Source: Thermoplasmatota archaeon
GTDB lineage: Archaea; Thermoplasmatota; Poseidoniia; Poseidoniales; Poseidoniaceae
Length of the DNA: 34,590 nt
Assembly: GCA_030830875.1 (NCBI GenBank)
Contig: JAURMD010000058.1
Span: forward strand, 1 to 34,590
Direction of reading: 5' to 3'
Both the position numbers and the translations under genes were made by a program. Below are positions 1 to 8,373 of this stretch, piece by piece. How positions within the stretch are numbered: the first letter of the stretch is position 1; every line of letters starts with the position of its first letter. A model generated the notes under the pieces. The model did no database searches. It saw nothing but the letters and a program-made list of their open reading frames with translations, and was not told the origin of the DNA.

Positions 1-36
1 GTTGGAGATGGACACCGCATGACGCAATCCGGTGTG

Positions 37-43
37 TTTATAT
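37..43 (+). promoter_or_regulatory. TATA box of the rpl7ae operon (TTTATAT)
   Basis: AT-rich TTTATAT in GC-rich context, about 46 nt upstream of the rpl7ae ATG at 89. Confidence 0.65.
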
Positions 44-70
44 CCGCGCCACGGTGCGCTCGGCCTGCGA

Positions 71-96
71 ACACGAGGAGGCTATCCGATGAGTGT
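71..96 (+). promoter_or_regulatory. Kink-turn in the rpl7ae leader and start region (putative L7Ae autoregulatory site)
   Basis: ACAC-GA-GGA-(GGCTA)-TCC-GAT-GA-GTGT: C-stem GGA/TCC, 3-nt bulge GAU, tandem G.A/A.G pairs, NC-stem ACAC/GUGU. It contains the SD GAGGAGG (75-81) and the ATG (89-91). Confidence 0.8.
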
Positions 97-460
97 GCAT
101 ATCCGATACGAGACCCCTGAGGACCTGAGCAACAAAATCTACGAGCTGGTGCAGGCCTGCAACGGCACGCGCATCAAGCGCGGTTCCAATGAGGTGACCA
201 AGGTCGCGCTCCGAAAGACCGCCGCGTTCGTGGTCATCGCGGAGGACGTGAACCCCCCCGAACTTGTGAACCACATCCCGCTCATCTGCGAAGACAACGG
301 CATCGCCTACGGATACGTCCCCTCGCAGGAGTTCCTCGCGAAGGAAGCGGGCATGGAGCCCGGCGTCAAAGCAGCGAGCTTGGCCCTCATGGAGGTCCCC
401 AAGGCCGCGCAAGAGATGCTTGACGAGGTTCTTGAGACGATCAAGGGCCTGAAGGCCTGA
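89..460 (+). CDS. rpl7ae: 50S ribosomal protein L7Ae
   Basis: [10 protein letters not shown]...[17 protein letters not shown] motif; SD GAGGAGG before ATG 89; first gene of the conserved L7Ae-S28e-L24e-ndk-IF2 cluster. Confidence 0.95.
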   Translation: MSVHIRYETPEDLSNKIYELVQACNGTRIKRGSNEVTKVALRKTAAFVVIAEDVNPPELVNHIPLICEDNGIAYGYVPSQEFLAKEAGMEPGVKAASLALMEVPKAAQEMLDEVLETIKGLKA

Positions 461-473
461 AGGAGTGATTTCA

Positions 474-698
474 ATGAGCGAAGAGCTCGGAGGATGGCCC
501 GCTGAGGTCGTTGAAGTCGTCGGTCGAACCGGCATGACCGGGGAAGCCACGCAGGTCAAAGTTCGTGTCAATGACGCACCTAACCCTCGAGACGTTGGTC
601 GAATCATCACGCGAAACGTCCTCGGTCCGGTCCGGGTCGGGGACATCCTGATGCTCAAGGACACGGGCCGTGAAGCCCGCAAGTTGAACGCGAGGTGA
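474..698 (+). CDS. rps28e: 30S ribosomal protein S28e
   Basis: [22 protein letters not shown]...[17 protein letters not shown] signature; operon context. Confidence 0.96.
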   Translation: MSEELGGWPAEVVEVVGRTGMTGEATQVKVRVNDAPNPRDVGRIITRNVLGPVRVGDILMLKDTGREARKLNAR

Positions 699-703
699 AC
701 CTG

Positions 704-895
704 ATGCCTGAGCGACGAGTTTGCAGCTTCTCCGGCGATGAGATCGAACCCGGAACCGGGACGATGTATGTCCGACGTGACGGAAGCATCCTTTGGTTCA
801 AGAACTCAAAGGCCCGGAAGAATATGGTTCAACTGAAGCGCAACGCACGTCGCGTGAAGTGGACCCGCCATTACGTCAAGGGCGGCATCCAGTGA
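704..895 (+). CDS. rpl24e: 50S ribosomal protein L24e
   Basis: [21 protein letters not shown]...KWT signature; SD GAGGTGA at 692-698. Only one Cys of the Zn site is retained. Confidence 0.95.
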   Translation: MPERRVCSFSGDEIEPGTGTMYVRRDGSILWFKNSKARKNMVQLKRNARRVKWTRHYVKGGIQ

Positions 896-906
896 GGCTT
901 CGGCCT
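895..906 (+). other. Short C(UUCG)G tetraloop hairpin after rpl24e (possible terminator, processing or stability element)
   Basis: AGGC-TTCG-GCCT directly at the stop codon, followed by a TATA-like TTGAAG (919-924) upstream of ndk. Confidence 0.35.
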
Positions 907-955
907 GACGGATGCTTCTTGAAGGACCTTCCTGACCACCCAACAGGTGAGCAAC

Positions 956-1402
956 ATGCAAACAACGTACATTATGATCAAGCCCGACGGAGTGCAACGC
1001 GGTCTTGTTGGGGAAATCATCGGACGGTTTGAGCGAAAGGGACTCCAACTTGTCGCCATGAAATCCGTCGTGCCCGATGAGGCAACGGCCCGCGCACACT
1101 ACGCTGTGCACGCTGAGCGGCCATTCTTTGAAGGCCTCATTTCCTTCGTTACCTCCGGCCCCGTGGTGTGCATGGCGTGGCAAGGCGTGGACGCCATCGC
1201 GGTGGCGAGGCGCCTGATTGGCTCCACCAACGGCCGCGAAGCGTCTCCAGGCACCATCCGTGGTGACTTTGGCATGGACATGGGATACAACATGATTCAC
1301 GGTTCGGACGCCGAAGAGACCGCAGCCAGCGAACTGGCCTTATGGTTCCCTGATGGCATGATGACGTGGACGCAGGACGCCCAACGCTGGGTCTACGAGT
1401 GA
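956..1402 (+). CDS. ndk: Nucleoside diphosphate kinase
   Basis: [27 protein letters not shown] and NMIHGSD (catalytic His); SD AGGTGA before ATG 956. Confidence 0.97.
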   Translation: MQTTYIMIKPDGVQRGLVGEIIGRFERKGLQLVAMKSVVPDEATARAHYAVHAERPFFEGLISFVTSGPVVCMAWQGVDAIAVARRLIGSTNGREASPGTIRGDFGMDMGYNMIHGSDAEETAASELALWFPDGMMTWTQDAQRWVYE

Positions 1403-1415
1403 CCCCACCGACGAG

Positions 1416-3257
1416 GTGGTGAGCGTGGCTGACGACGCTCCTTCCGAGGAGGGCGGCGAACAGATCCCGCTGCGTGGTGAGAATCGTCAGCCAATTGTCA
1501 GCGTTCTTGGACACGTCGATCATGGCAAAACAAGCCTTCTCGACTTGGTTCGCTCCATCGGGGTGGATCGACAGGCCTCGGTGATGGACCGAGAGGCCGG
1601 TGGAATCACCCAACACATCGGAGCCACCGAAGTGCCAGCGAAGGTGCTGAACGAGACATGCGCATCGATGATGGGTGGACGGCCCTTCAAATCCCCTGGG
1701 TTGCTCTTCATTGACACGCCCGGGCACCACTCCTTCGCGTCCCTCCGGTCACGCGGCGGTCAGTTGGCGGACATCGCCATCCTTGTGGTCGACGTGATGG
1801 AGGGCCTTCAACCACAAACGGTCGAGAGCCTTGAGATCTTGAAACGAACACGGACGCCTTTTGTCGTGGCTGGGAACAAAGTCGACCGCTTGCATGGCTG
1901 GACGTCAGAACGGGGCCGCTCCTTTGCTGCGTCCTTCCGCGAGCAGCGGAAGGACGTTCAAGCCTTGTTCGATGAACGCTTTTGGAAACTCGTCAGCATG
2001 TTCGCTGAGCACGGATTCAACCTTGAGCGGTACGACCGAATCAAGAATTTCCGACAGGACGTGGCGCTTGTACCGATGTCCGCCAAAGAAGGCGAAGGCC
2101 TTCAGGACCTGCTCACCGTCACTGTTGGCCTTGCGGAACGTTTCCTAGAGGACCGCTTGACGGACACGCTTGGGGATGCGGAGGGCACCATTCTCGAGAT
2201 GAAAGACGAAGTAGGCATGAGCAAAACCATCGATGTGATCCTCTCCCGCGGTGTGCTTGCCACGGGTGATACCATCGTGTTTGCCACCTCGGATGGACCT
2301 GCCACGACGCGCATCAAGGGCTTGAAGCGACCAAGAGGCATGTCGGAGATGCGTGATGCTGGTGACCGTTGGGAAAGCGTTGACGTCGTCGAAGCAGCGT
2401 GTGGCGTCAAAATCGTTGCACAAGGCCTTGAACGGGCGCTGGCTGGAAGCACGGTGCGATTGGCTGTTGGTGAGGAAGGGCTCGCTCGTGCCCTTGCGGC
2501 ATGCCAACAAGAATGCCGCGTGGACATTGCACTGGCCGAAGAAGGCGTGGTCATCAAGGCCGATACCATCGGCGGATTGGAGGCCTTGGCCTACGAACTC
2601 AAACAACTCCATGTCCCCATCCGTATGGCGACGGTCGGCCCGGTCAACAAGCGCGACATCATGACGGCTGAATCGGCCAAGGACCCCCTCAATCGGATGA
2701 TTTTGGCGTTCGCTGTCGGACCAAATCGAGAGGTGGCCGAACGTCTGGAGAGCGAGGAGGCCCCTGTTGAGTTCGTTCAAGGGGACATCATCTACCACAT
2801 CATCGACCGGACCGAATCATGGCGCGCCGAGACGAAACAAGCCATGGAAGCAGCAGCACGGGAGGACCTTGTCCACCCTGGACGCTTGTTGTACCTCAAG
2901 GACCACACCTTCAGGGGTCGGGACCCTGCGATCGTTGGCGTTCGTGTGCTCGGGGGACGTGTCCACATCGGCCAGCGTCTCATGCGCGTGGACGGAACCC
3001 CGGTCGGCCAAGTCAAATCGTTGCGGACACGCTCCAGCGAGGACGTCAAAGAGGCCAAGCAAGGGGATGAGGTGGCTTGTGCCATCCAAGGCCCCACCGT
3101 TGGCAGGCACATCGATGAGGGTGATGAGTTCTTGGTTGACGTTCCAGAATCGCATGCTCGTCGACTTCGAAAGGTCGAGTTGACGGCTGTTGAGCAGGAA
3201 ATTTTGGACGAAATTGTTCGCTTGCACCGAAAAGAAAACCACTTCTGGGCTCGCTGA
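1416..3257 (+). CDS. infB: Translation initiation factor aIF5B/IF-2
   Basis: RQPIVSVLGHVDHGKT, GGITQHIGA, DTPGH, NKVD and KADTIGGLEAL motifs. The start may be GTG 1425 (SD GAGGTG at 1413). Confidence 0.96.
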   Translation: MVSVADDAPSEEGGEQIPLRGENRQPIVSVLGHVDHGKTSLLDLVRSIGVDRQASVMDREAGGITQHIGATEVPAKVLNETCASMMGGRPFKSPGLLFIDTPGHHSFASLRSRGGQLADIAILVVDVMEGLQPQTVESLEILKRTRTPFVVAGNKVDRLHGWTSERGRSFAASFREQRKDVQALFDERFWKLVSMFAEHGFNLERYDRIKNFRQDVALVPMSAKEGEGLQDLLTVTVGLAERFLEDRLTDTLGDAEGTILEMKDEVGMSKTIDVILSRGVLATGDTIVFATSDGPATTRIKGLKRPRGMSEMRDAGDRWESVDVVEAACGVKIVAQGLERALAGSTVRLAVGEEGLARALAACQQECRVDIALAEEGVVIKADTIGGLEALAYELKQLHVPIRMATVGPVNKRDIMTAESAKDPLNRMILAFAVGPNREVAERLESEEAPVEFVQGDIIYHIIDRTESWRAETKQAMEAAAREDLVHPGRLLYLKDHTFRGRDPAIVGVRVLGGRVHIGQRLMRVDGTPVGQVKSLRTRSSEDVKEAKQGDEVACAIQGPTVGRHIDEGDEFLVDVPESHARRLRKVELTAVEQEILDEIVRLHRKENHFWAR

Positions 3258-3340
3258 GGGCGACGAGCGCTTGACGTGTGAGGCACGCACGTTCAAATAC
3301 GGTATCACACGCCTGAATGGCTTGTAGGAGGGTGACTTCG

Positions 3341-4324
3341 ATGCACGCAGCAGATGCGAACACCGCCAAAATCATCAGCACAGTCTCCCAAATTTCCAAC
3401 GACCTCATGAGCGAGGTTGCGAAGGTCATCATCGGGAAGGAAGAAAACCTCCGGAGGGTAACCGTCGGGATCCTTTCCAACGGCAACATGTTGCTTGAGG
3501 ACTTCCCCGGCCTCGCAAAGACCCTCCTTGCGAACACCTTCGCGCGCGCGCTTGGTTGCAAGTTCAAGCGGGTGCAATTCACGCCTGACTTGCTTCCCTC
3601 AGACATCATGGGGACCTACATGTACGACCAGAAATCGGGGGAATTCAAACTCCGTGCAGGTCCCCTTTTCTCCAACGTTCTGTTGGCTGACGAGATCAAC
3701 CGGGCACCGCCTAAGACACAGGCCGCTTTGCTTGAGGCGATGGAAGAAAAACAGGTGACGATTGAAGGCATCACGCACAAACTTCCTGCTCCGTTCGTGG
3801 TGCTCGCGACCCAGAACCCGATTGAGCAAGAAGGAACATACCCGCTCCCGGAAGCGCAAATGGACCGTTTCTTGATGAAAATGAGCATGGGGTACCCCGA
3901 CCGTGCAGAAGAGAAGGCCATTTTGGCCCGCCGGAAGATGCGGGGCCAAGACGACCACGAAGTTGCGCAGGTGACCGAGCCGAAGAAGGTCGTCGCTATG
4001 CAGCGCGCCCTCGAAGGCGTCCACGTTGACCCGTCCATCCTCGCGTACATCGTCGAAATCGTGCAGCGCACCCGTGAAGACCATCGCGTTGTCAACGGGG
4101 CCTCCCCTCGCGCCTCACAAGCCCTGTTCAAGACTGGTCGTGCCTCCGCTGCCATTGCAGGCCGCACCTATGTGGTGCCCGACGACATCAAGTCGGTGGC
4201 TTTGCAAGTCATCGGCCACAGGATTGTCATGAAGCCTGAAGCAAAGATTCGAGGCATCACTGGCGGTCACATCGTTCGGAAGATCCTCTCCGAGGTGCCC
4301 GTTCCTGTTGTTCAACCCGTCTGA
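3341..4324 (+). CDS. MoxR-family AAA+ ATPase
   Basis: LLEDFPGLAKT (Walker A), RVQFTPDLLPSD, LLADEINRAPPKTQAALLEAM, ATQNPIEQEGTYPLPEAQMDRF, GASPRA; SD GGAGGGTGA before ATG 3341; TTCAAATA box at 3292. Confidence 0.93.
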   Translation: MHAADANTAKIISTVSQISNDLMSEVAKVIIGKEENLRRVTVGILSNGNMLLEDFPGLAKTLLANTFARALGCKFKRVQFTPDLLPSDIMGTYMYDQKSGEFKLRAGPLFSNVLLADEINRAPPKTQAALLEAMEEKQVTIEGITHKLPAPFVVLATQNPIEQEGTYPLPEAQMDRFLMKMSMGYPDRAEEKAILARRKMRGQDDHEVAQVTEPKKVVAMQRALEGVHVDPSILAYIVEIVQRTREDHRVVNGASPRASQALFKTGRASAAIAGRTYVVPDDIKSVALQVIGHRIVMKPEAKIRGITGGHIVRKILSEVPVPVVQPV

Positions 4325-4388
4325 GCCCAGCACAGGCCGAGGTTGATAGAGGAGGAGGCACTCCTTCCGAGAGGAGGTGGACGAAGGC

Positions 4389-5351
4389 ATGGACCCCTAC
4401 AAGATGGTCATCGCTGTGACCAATCAGAAGGGTGGTTGTGCCAAGACCACCACAGCGGTGAACCTGGCCGCGGCGCTCGCTCGTGGCTACGAGCGAATGG
4501 GGCTTCCTCCTGCCAAGGTGCTCCTCATCGACCTTGACCCGCAAGGGAATTGCGCGACATCGTTCGGTATTGAGAAAAAGCGCATCAAAAAGACAGCCTA
4601 CGATCTTTTGACCAACGATCTGGGTGAAGCGTTGCCGTTGATGGAGGATTACCTGCTCGACCCACAGGACCTCACGAACGCAATGAGGAACGCGTTCATG
4701 CTACGAAATGAAAAGCAGCGCCCACCGACCTCACTCACCACGGAGAACCTCTGGCTTCTTCCGAGCGACATCCACCTCTCCGGTGCAGAAATCGAACTTT
4801 CCCATAAGATTGGACGGGAAACCCGCCTACGTGAGGCCCTCGCACCGATTGTTGACAAGTTCGACTACATCATCATCGATACCCCTCCCTCGCTCGGCCT
4901 GCTTTCCATCAACGCCTTGAGTGCCGCAAACTGGGTGGTCGCACCTGTTCAGGCAGAATACTATTCTTTGGAAGGCTTCAGCATGATGATGAACTCGATT
5001 CAAATGATTCAACGAAGGATCAACCGCAACCTGAAATTCTTCGGGGTCGTGATGACGATGGTTGATGCTCGGTCTAAACTTTCAAGGCACGTCGTAGATC
5101 AAGTGACCCTCAAAATGCCCAACACCTTGTTCAACACATCCATTCGAAGGCTGGTGAACGTCGCTGAAGCGCCTTGGTCAGGAGCCCCTACCGTCCTGCT
5201 GAACAAGCCAAGCCCCAATGGCGCCGGTGCAGGATCGTTGGAATATTGGACCCTCGCAAAAGAGTTCCACGATCGGGTCCTCGCAATGCGGAACCAATTC
5301 GGCGTGACCGAACCGAATCGAGTGCTGCTGGAATCCCAAGGTCGCCGGTGA
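4389..5351 (+). CDS. ParA/Soj-family ATPase (ParA-1)
   Basis: Deviant Walker A NQKGGCAKTT, IDLDPQGN, IIIDTPPSLG, PVQAEYYSLEG, VAEAP. Alternative start GTG 4377. Confidence 0.93.
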   Translation: MDPYKMVIAVTNQKGGCAKTTTAVNLAAALARGYERMGLPPAKVLLIDLDPQGNCATSFGIEKKRIKKTAYDLLTNDLGEALPLMEDYLLDPQDLTNAMRNAFMLRNEKQRPPTSLTTENLWLLPSDIHLSGAEIELSHKIGRETRLREALAPIVDKFDYIIIDTPPSLGLLSINALSAANWVVAPVQAEYYSLEGFSMMMNSIQMIQRRINRNLKFFGVVMTMVDARSKLSRHVVDQVTLKMPNTLFNTSIRRLVNVAEAPWSGAPTVLLNKPSPNGAGAGSLEYWTLAKEFHDRVLAMRNQFGVTEPNRVLLESQGRR

Positions 5352-5441
5352 CTGGATTGGCATCGGCGAATGCCTCTGAAACGGGCACCTCCCCACGCGC
5401 GGCTTAAGTAGCCTAGATGAAAGGCGAGAGTGGGATGCACG

Positions 5442-5684
5442 ATGACAGCCAAGGGGATGACCTCCGTTAGCGTAAGCTACGAAGTACGACGCCAGTTGAA
5501 CACCTTACGAACACACGGAGGGTACCGCAGCGTCGATGAGCTGCTGCAGGACCTCATCCGTCAGCACCGGATGGCGCGCATGGACGGCAGCCTTGGAACA
5601 CTTCGTGCTCGCGCAAAGGACGCTGCGGATGTGGACGTTGACCATCTGGTCGAGCGGCTGAAGTTGGCTCCGTTCCGGGTGTGA
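5442..5684 (+). CDS. Small ribbon-helix-helix (VapB/CopG-like) DNA-binding protein
   Basis: TSVSVSYEVRRQLNTLR..GGYRSVDELLQDLI fits an alternating beta strand plus two helices; TATA-like TTAAGTA at 5404; stop overlaps the next start (GTGA). Start could be GTG 5430. Confidence 0.65.
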   Translation: MTAKGMTSVSVSYEVRRQLNTLRTHGGYRSVDELLQDLIRQHRMARMDGSLGTLRARAKDAADVDVDHLVERLKLAPFRV

Positions 5685-5944
5685 TTCACGTGATGAGTTG
5701 GAAGCCACCTCAGGTGGCCTTTGATGCAAAACACCTCGTGCGAGCCTTGTTTGACTCATCCACAGAAGAAGCTCGCCTCCTTGAAGTCGCGGCCCGAGGG
5801 GACATCGATATTGTCGCTAGCCGCGGAGCATGGAACGGTGTTCTTTGGCTGATTCAAAGCACGGTGAAGGACGGAGGGCGTCCGGTGTACAGTGGCGATG
5901 AACTGGCGAAATTGCGTGAGGATCTGCCCATCACCTGGACCTGA
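5681..5944 (+). CDS. Truncated, degenerate PIN-domain-like protein
   Basis: VAFDAKHLVRAL...LLE...GDIDIVAS resembles the N-terminal half of PIN toxins (VxxDTNVLxxAL...G.i.lv.S..il.E). The second acidic residue and the C-terminal half are absent. Start may be ATG 5693. Confidence 0.5.
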   Translation: MIHVMSWKPPQVAFDAKHLVRALFDSSTEEARLLEVAARGDIDIVASRGAWNGVLWLIQSTVKDGGRPVYSGDELAKLREDLPITWT

Positions 5945-5952
5945 CCTGTCGC

Positions 5953-8340
5953 TCAGTCCTCGGCCTGCTTTGCCAGCCATTGGTGTCCGTAGTGTACCCA
6001 CTGCTCCTCGGTCCAGCCCTCGGGAAGTCCTGACTCCGGAACGGGTGGAGCGCTCGAGGGTGTTGCTTCCTCCTCAGGTAGGGGGGACGGCTCAGCAGGC
6101 GCTCGTTCCTCCTCAGCTTCGATCGCGGAGAACGCTTCTGTAGCCTCATCCTCGGGTGGGGTCGAGGGTGATTCAGGATCGCCGACGGGTTTCGATGCCT
6201 CTGACTCCATCGGGTCATCTTGCCAAAGGGCGTCCTCCTCCACACCGCCTCGTGCGGAGAGGCCTGCATGCCCGGTCAACGCTTCATCGGCGATGCTGTC
6301 GCCCTCGCCAAATCCAACGAAGGTCTTCTGCACCGCTGAGGCGGATAAGGCCCGCTTCTTGGACGTGGCAGACACCGTCAAGATCGCCGCGGTCATCCCA
6401 ACAAAAACGAGACCTGCAAGCATCGCAACCTGTTTGACTAGGCGAACGTCGAAGCCGCGAGCCCCTGCACCGTTGGCCACAGTGGCGTTCCAGTACGTGT
6501 ATGTCATTCGGCCGCGTTCTGATTCGTTTAGGGTTGAGAGGTAGTCCTGATACTCGACGCTGCGGATGCCAAGGCAGATGTCCCTGACATCGTCGAAGGC
6601 AAGTCGGCAATGGTCCTCGATGGTGGCGACCAAGGCGTTTGTATCGTTGTAATCCGTGCGTTGGCCGACCCCGTCTCCGTCTTGATCAAGGTGCTCGGTG
6701 GGATTGTCTGCCATGCCGTCGCCGACTTCGGATGCATCGGCCCACCCATCTCCGTCTTCATCTGGGCAACCAAACATGGCTTCAGACGTGTAGGTCGTGA
6801 CCTCCGCAATCACGGGAACCAAGGCCTGAATCGAAGCACCGGGCACCGTTGGACACGCATCAGGACGAACGCCATCCTGTGCATCACCATAGCCGTCACC
6901 GTCGCTGTCCGTCCACTGCGTACGCTCGTTGGGGAAGGCATCTGCGCCGTTGGCGACCGTCCATCCCTCATCTGGATCAGACCACCCGTCGAGGTCGCGG
7001 TCCGTGCAACCGCGTCGATCGTTTGTTGAGAATCCATTTGACGTGGGGCAATCGTCCGGCCGGTACCCAGCCGGGTTGTCGCCGTATCCATCACGGTCCT
7101 CGTCGGCCCATTGCGTTGGGTCTTCTGGAAAGACGTCCCCTTCAGGATCGTCGTCGTTGTCACCAACACCATCGCCGTCTGCATCCAACCATTGGTTTGG
7201 ATCGTCGGGGAAGGCATCGGGCATCGTTCCATCGGCTTCATCGCCGTAACCGTCCCCGTCACGGTCGGACCACTGCGAAGGATCATTCGGGAAAGCGTCC
7301 CCGTCGGTCGCGTCAGCATTGTCGCCGTATCCGTCTCCATCACCATCGGAGGATTGGTCAGCGTTGTTCGGGAACGCATCTTGGGCATCGGCGATTCCAT
7401 CGCCGTCCGAGTCAACGTCAAGCAGCCGAACACGTGTGCTTGAGGACGTGGTGCTTACGAGGTAGAGGCTCCCGTCTTCGTTGACGGTCACGGCAAGCAC
7501 GGAGCCCGTGGCTTGGAACGAGCCGATGATGCTGAGGGAACTGTCCACATGCCTCACGTGTCCATTCTGGTGACCTACATACGCTCCAAATCCTCCATCG
7601 AGGGAAATCGAAGTCACCGGCGTCGTGCTGCTCGACACGAAACCCCCCTGCCACGTCGTCGTGCTGTAGCGATGAACGGTACCGTCAGCGAGCCCAATCC
7701 AGAGGATCAGGCCATCCTCAACAAGGACCTTTACGGCCCCGCCCAGTCCAGTGATAAGGTCGTCCTGTGTTCCGTCGTCAGCGTGGATGAGCACGGTTCC
7801 GTCAAAGCCTCCCGTGAGGATTCGTCCATCGTCAAGCACGAGGAAGGAGGCCACCCCCCCGTTCATGACCGTCGTTCGCGCCCCTGAGGCTCCGAATTGG
7901 TCGTATTCGACGGCCTGACGGACACCGCCGTTGTGAACCAACCACAGGTCACCACCCGCGTCCCAATCGATGTGCTCGACGGGGTCAACCGTTGGGATGT
8001 CACGAACCACTTCATTGGAAGCGACCGAGAGGACCGTCGCGCCGTCGTCGTGGCCGACTGCTACGAGGCCCGCCGCAGCGTCAAAGCGTATGGTGTTCAC
8101 GCTCACGTTCGCATCGAGTTGTTTGGCCTTCTGGAGCACTCCAGCGACCCATTGATGCTCAACGATGGTACCAGAAGCATCGACGGTCAGCACGCCACCA
8201 TCGCCAAGGTCGTACCAAGCCATGACGCGGCTGTCGTTGTGAATTTCTCCTCCGTCAATCAAAGAGGCGGTGGCGGTCGAGGTCAACAACAGAAGCAGCA
8301 CGAAGCCCGCCACAAGCGAACGACGGTGAACCATGTCCAT
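5953..8340 (-). CDS. Membrane-anchored surface protein: signal peptide, WD40-like beta-propeller, thrombospondin type-3 Ca-binding repeats, TM helix, acidic/Pro-rich cytoplasmic tail
   Basis: N-terminal hydrophobic stretch; TGGFDGTV, GLADGTV and GHQNGHV blade motifs; many DxDGDGYGD...DAFPxDPxQW repeats; TM VAMLAGLVFVGMTAAILTV. Start may be ATG 8334. Confidence 0.85.
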   Translation of the reverse strand: MDMVHRRSLVAGFVLLLLLTSTATASLIDGGEIHNDSRVMAWYDLGDGGVLTVDASGTIVEHQWVAGVLQKAKQLDANVSVNTIRFDAAAGLVAVGHDDGATVLSVASNEVVRDIPTVDPVEHIDWDAGGDLWLVHNGGVRQAVEYDQFGASGARTTVMNGGVASFLVLDDGRILTGGFDGTVLIHADDGTQDDLITGLGGAVKVLVEDGLILWIGLADGTVHRYSTTTWQGGFVSSSTTPVTSISLDGGFGAYVGHQNGHVRHVDSSLSIIGSFQATGSVLAVTVNEDGSLYLVSTTSSSTRVRLLDVDSDGDGIADAQDAFPNNADQSSDGDGDGYGDNADATDGDAFPNDPSQWSDRDGDGYGDEADGTMPDAFPDDPNQWLDADGDGVGDNDDDPEGDVFPEDPTQWADEDRDGYGDNPAGYRPDDCPTSNGFSTNDRRGCTDRDLDGWSDPDEGWTVANGADAFPNERTQWTDSDGDGYGDAQDGVRPDACPTVPGASIQALVPVIAEVTTYTSEAMFGCPDEDGDGWADASEVGDGMADNPTEHLDQDGDGVGQRTDYNDTNALVATIEDHCRLAFDDVRDICLGIRSVEYQDYLSTLNESERGRMTYTYWNATVANGAGARGFDVRLVKQVAMLAGLVFVGMTAAILTVSATSKKRALSASAVQKTFVGFGEGDSIADEALTGHAGLSARGGVEEDALWQDDPMESEASKPVGDPESPSTPPEDEATEAFSAIEAEEERAPAEPSPLPEEEATPSSAPPVPESGLPEGWTEEQWVHYGHQWLAKQAED
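6645..7420 (-). repeat. Thrombospondin type-3-like repeat array (protein-level)
   Basis: About ten imperfect D[ST]DGDG[YV]GD / D[AV]FP..P.QW units in the translation. Confidence 0.85.
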
Positions 8341-8352
8341 TGGTGCGTGCTT

Positions 8353-8370
8353 CGAGCCTTCAAAGGCTCG
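8353..8370. promoter_or_regulatory. Perfect inverted repeat centred on the TATA-like box of the TSP3 gene
   Basis: CGAGCCTT-CA-AAGGCTCG. The minus strand reads TTTGAAG, about 24 nt upstream of ATG 8334. Confidence 0.45.
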
Positions 8371-8373
8371 TCC

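Noticed and set aside
3341..5944. Integrated plasmid or provirus suggested by parA plus a TA-like pair
   Set aside because: No integrase, replication gene, att repeats or visible compositional shift; the region is flanked by core and lineage-typical genes.
6645..7420. CRISPR-like or DNA tandem repeat array
   Set aside because: The repeats are conserved only at protein level (TSP3 units) with degenerate codons; no cas genes are present.
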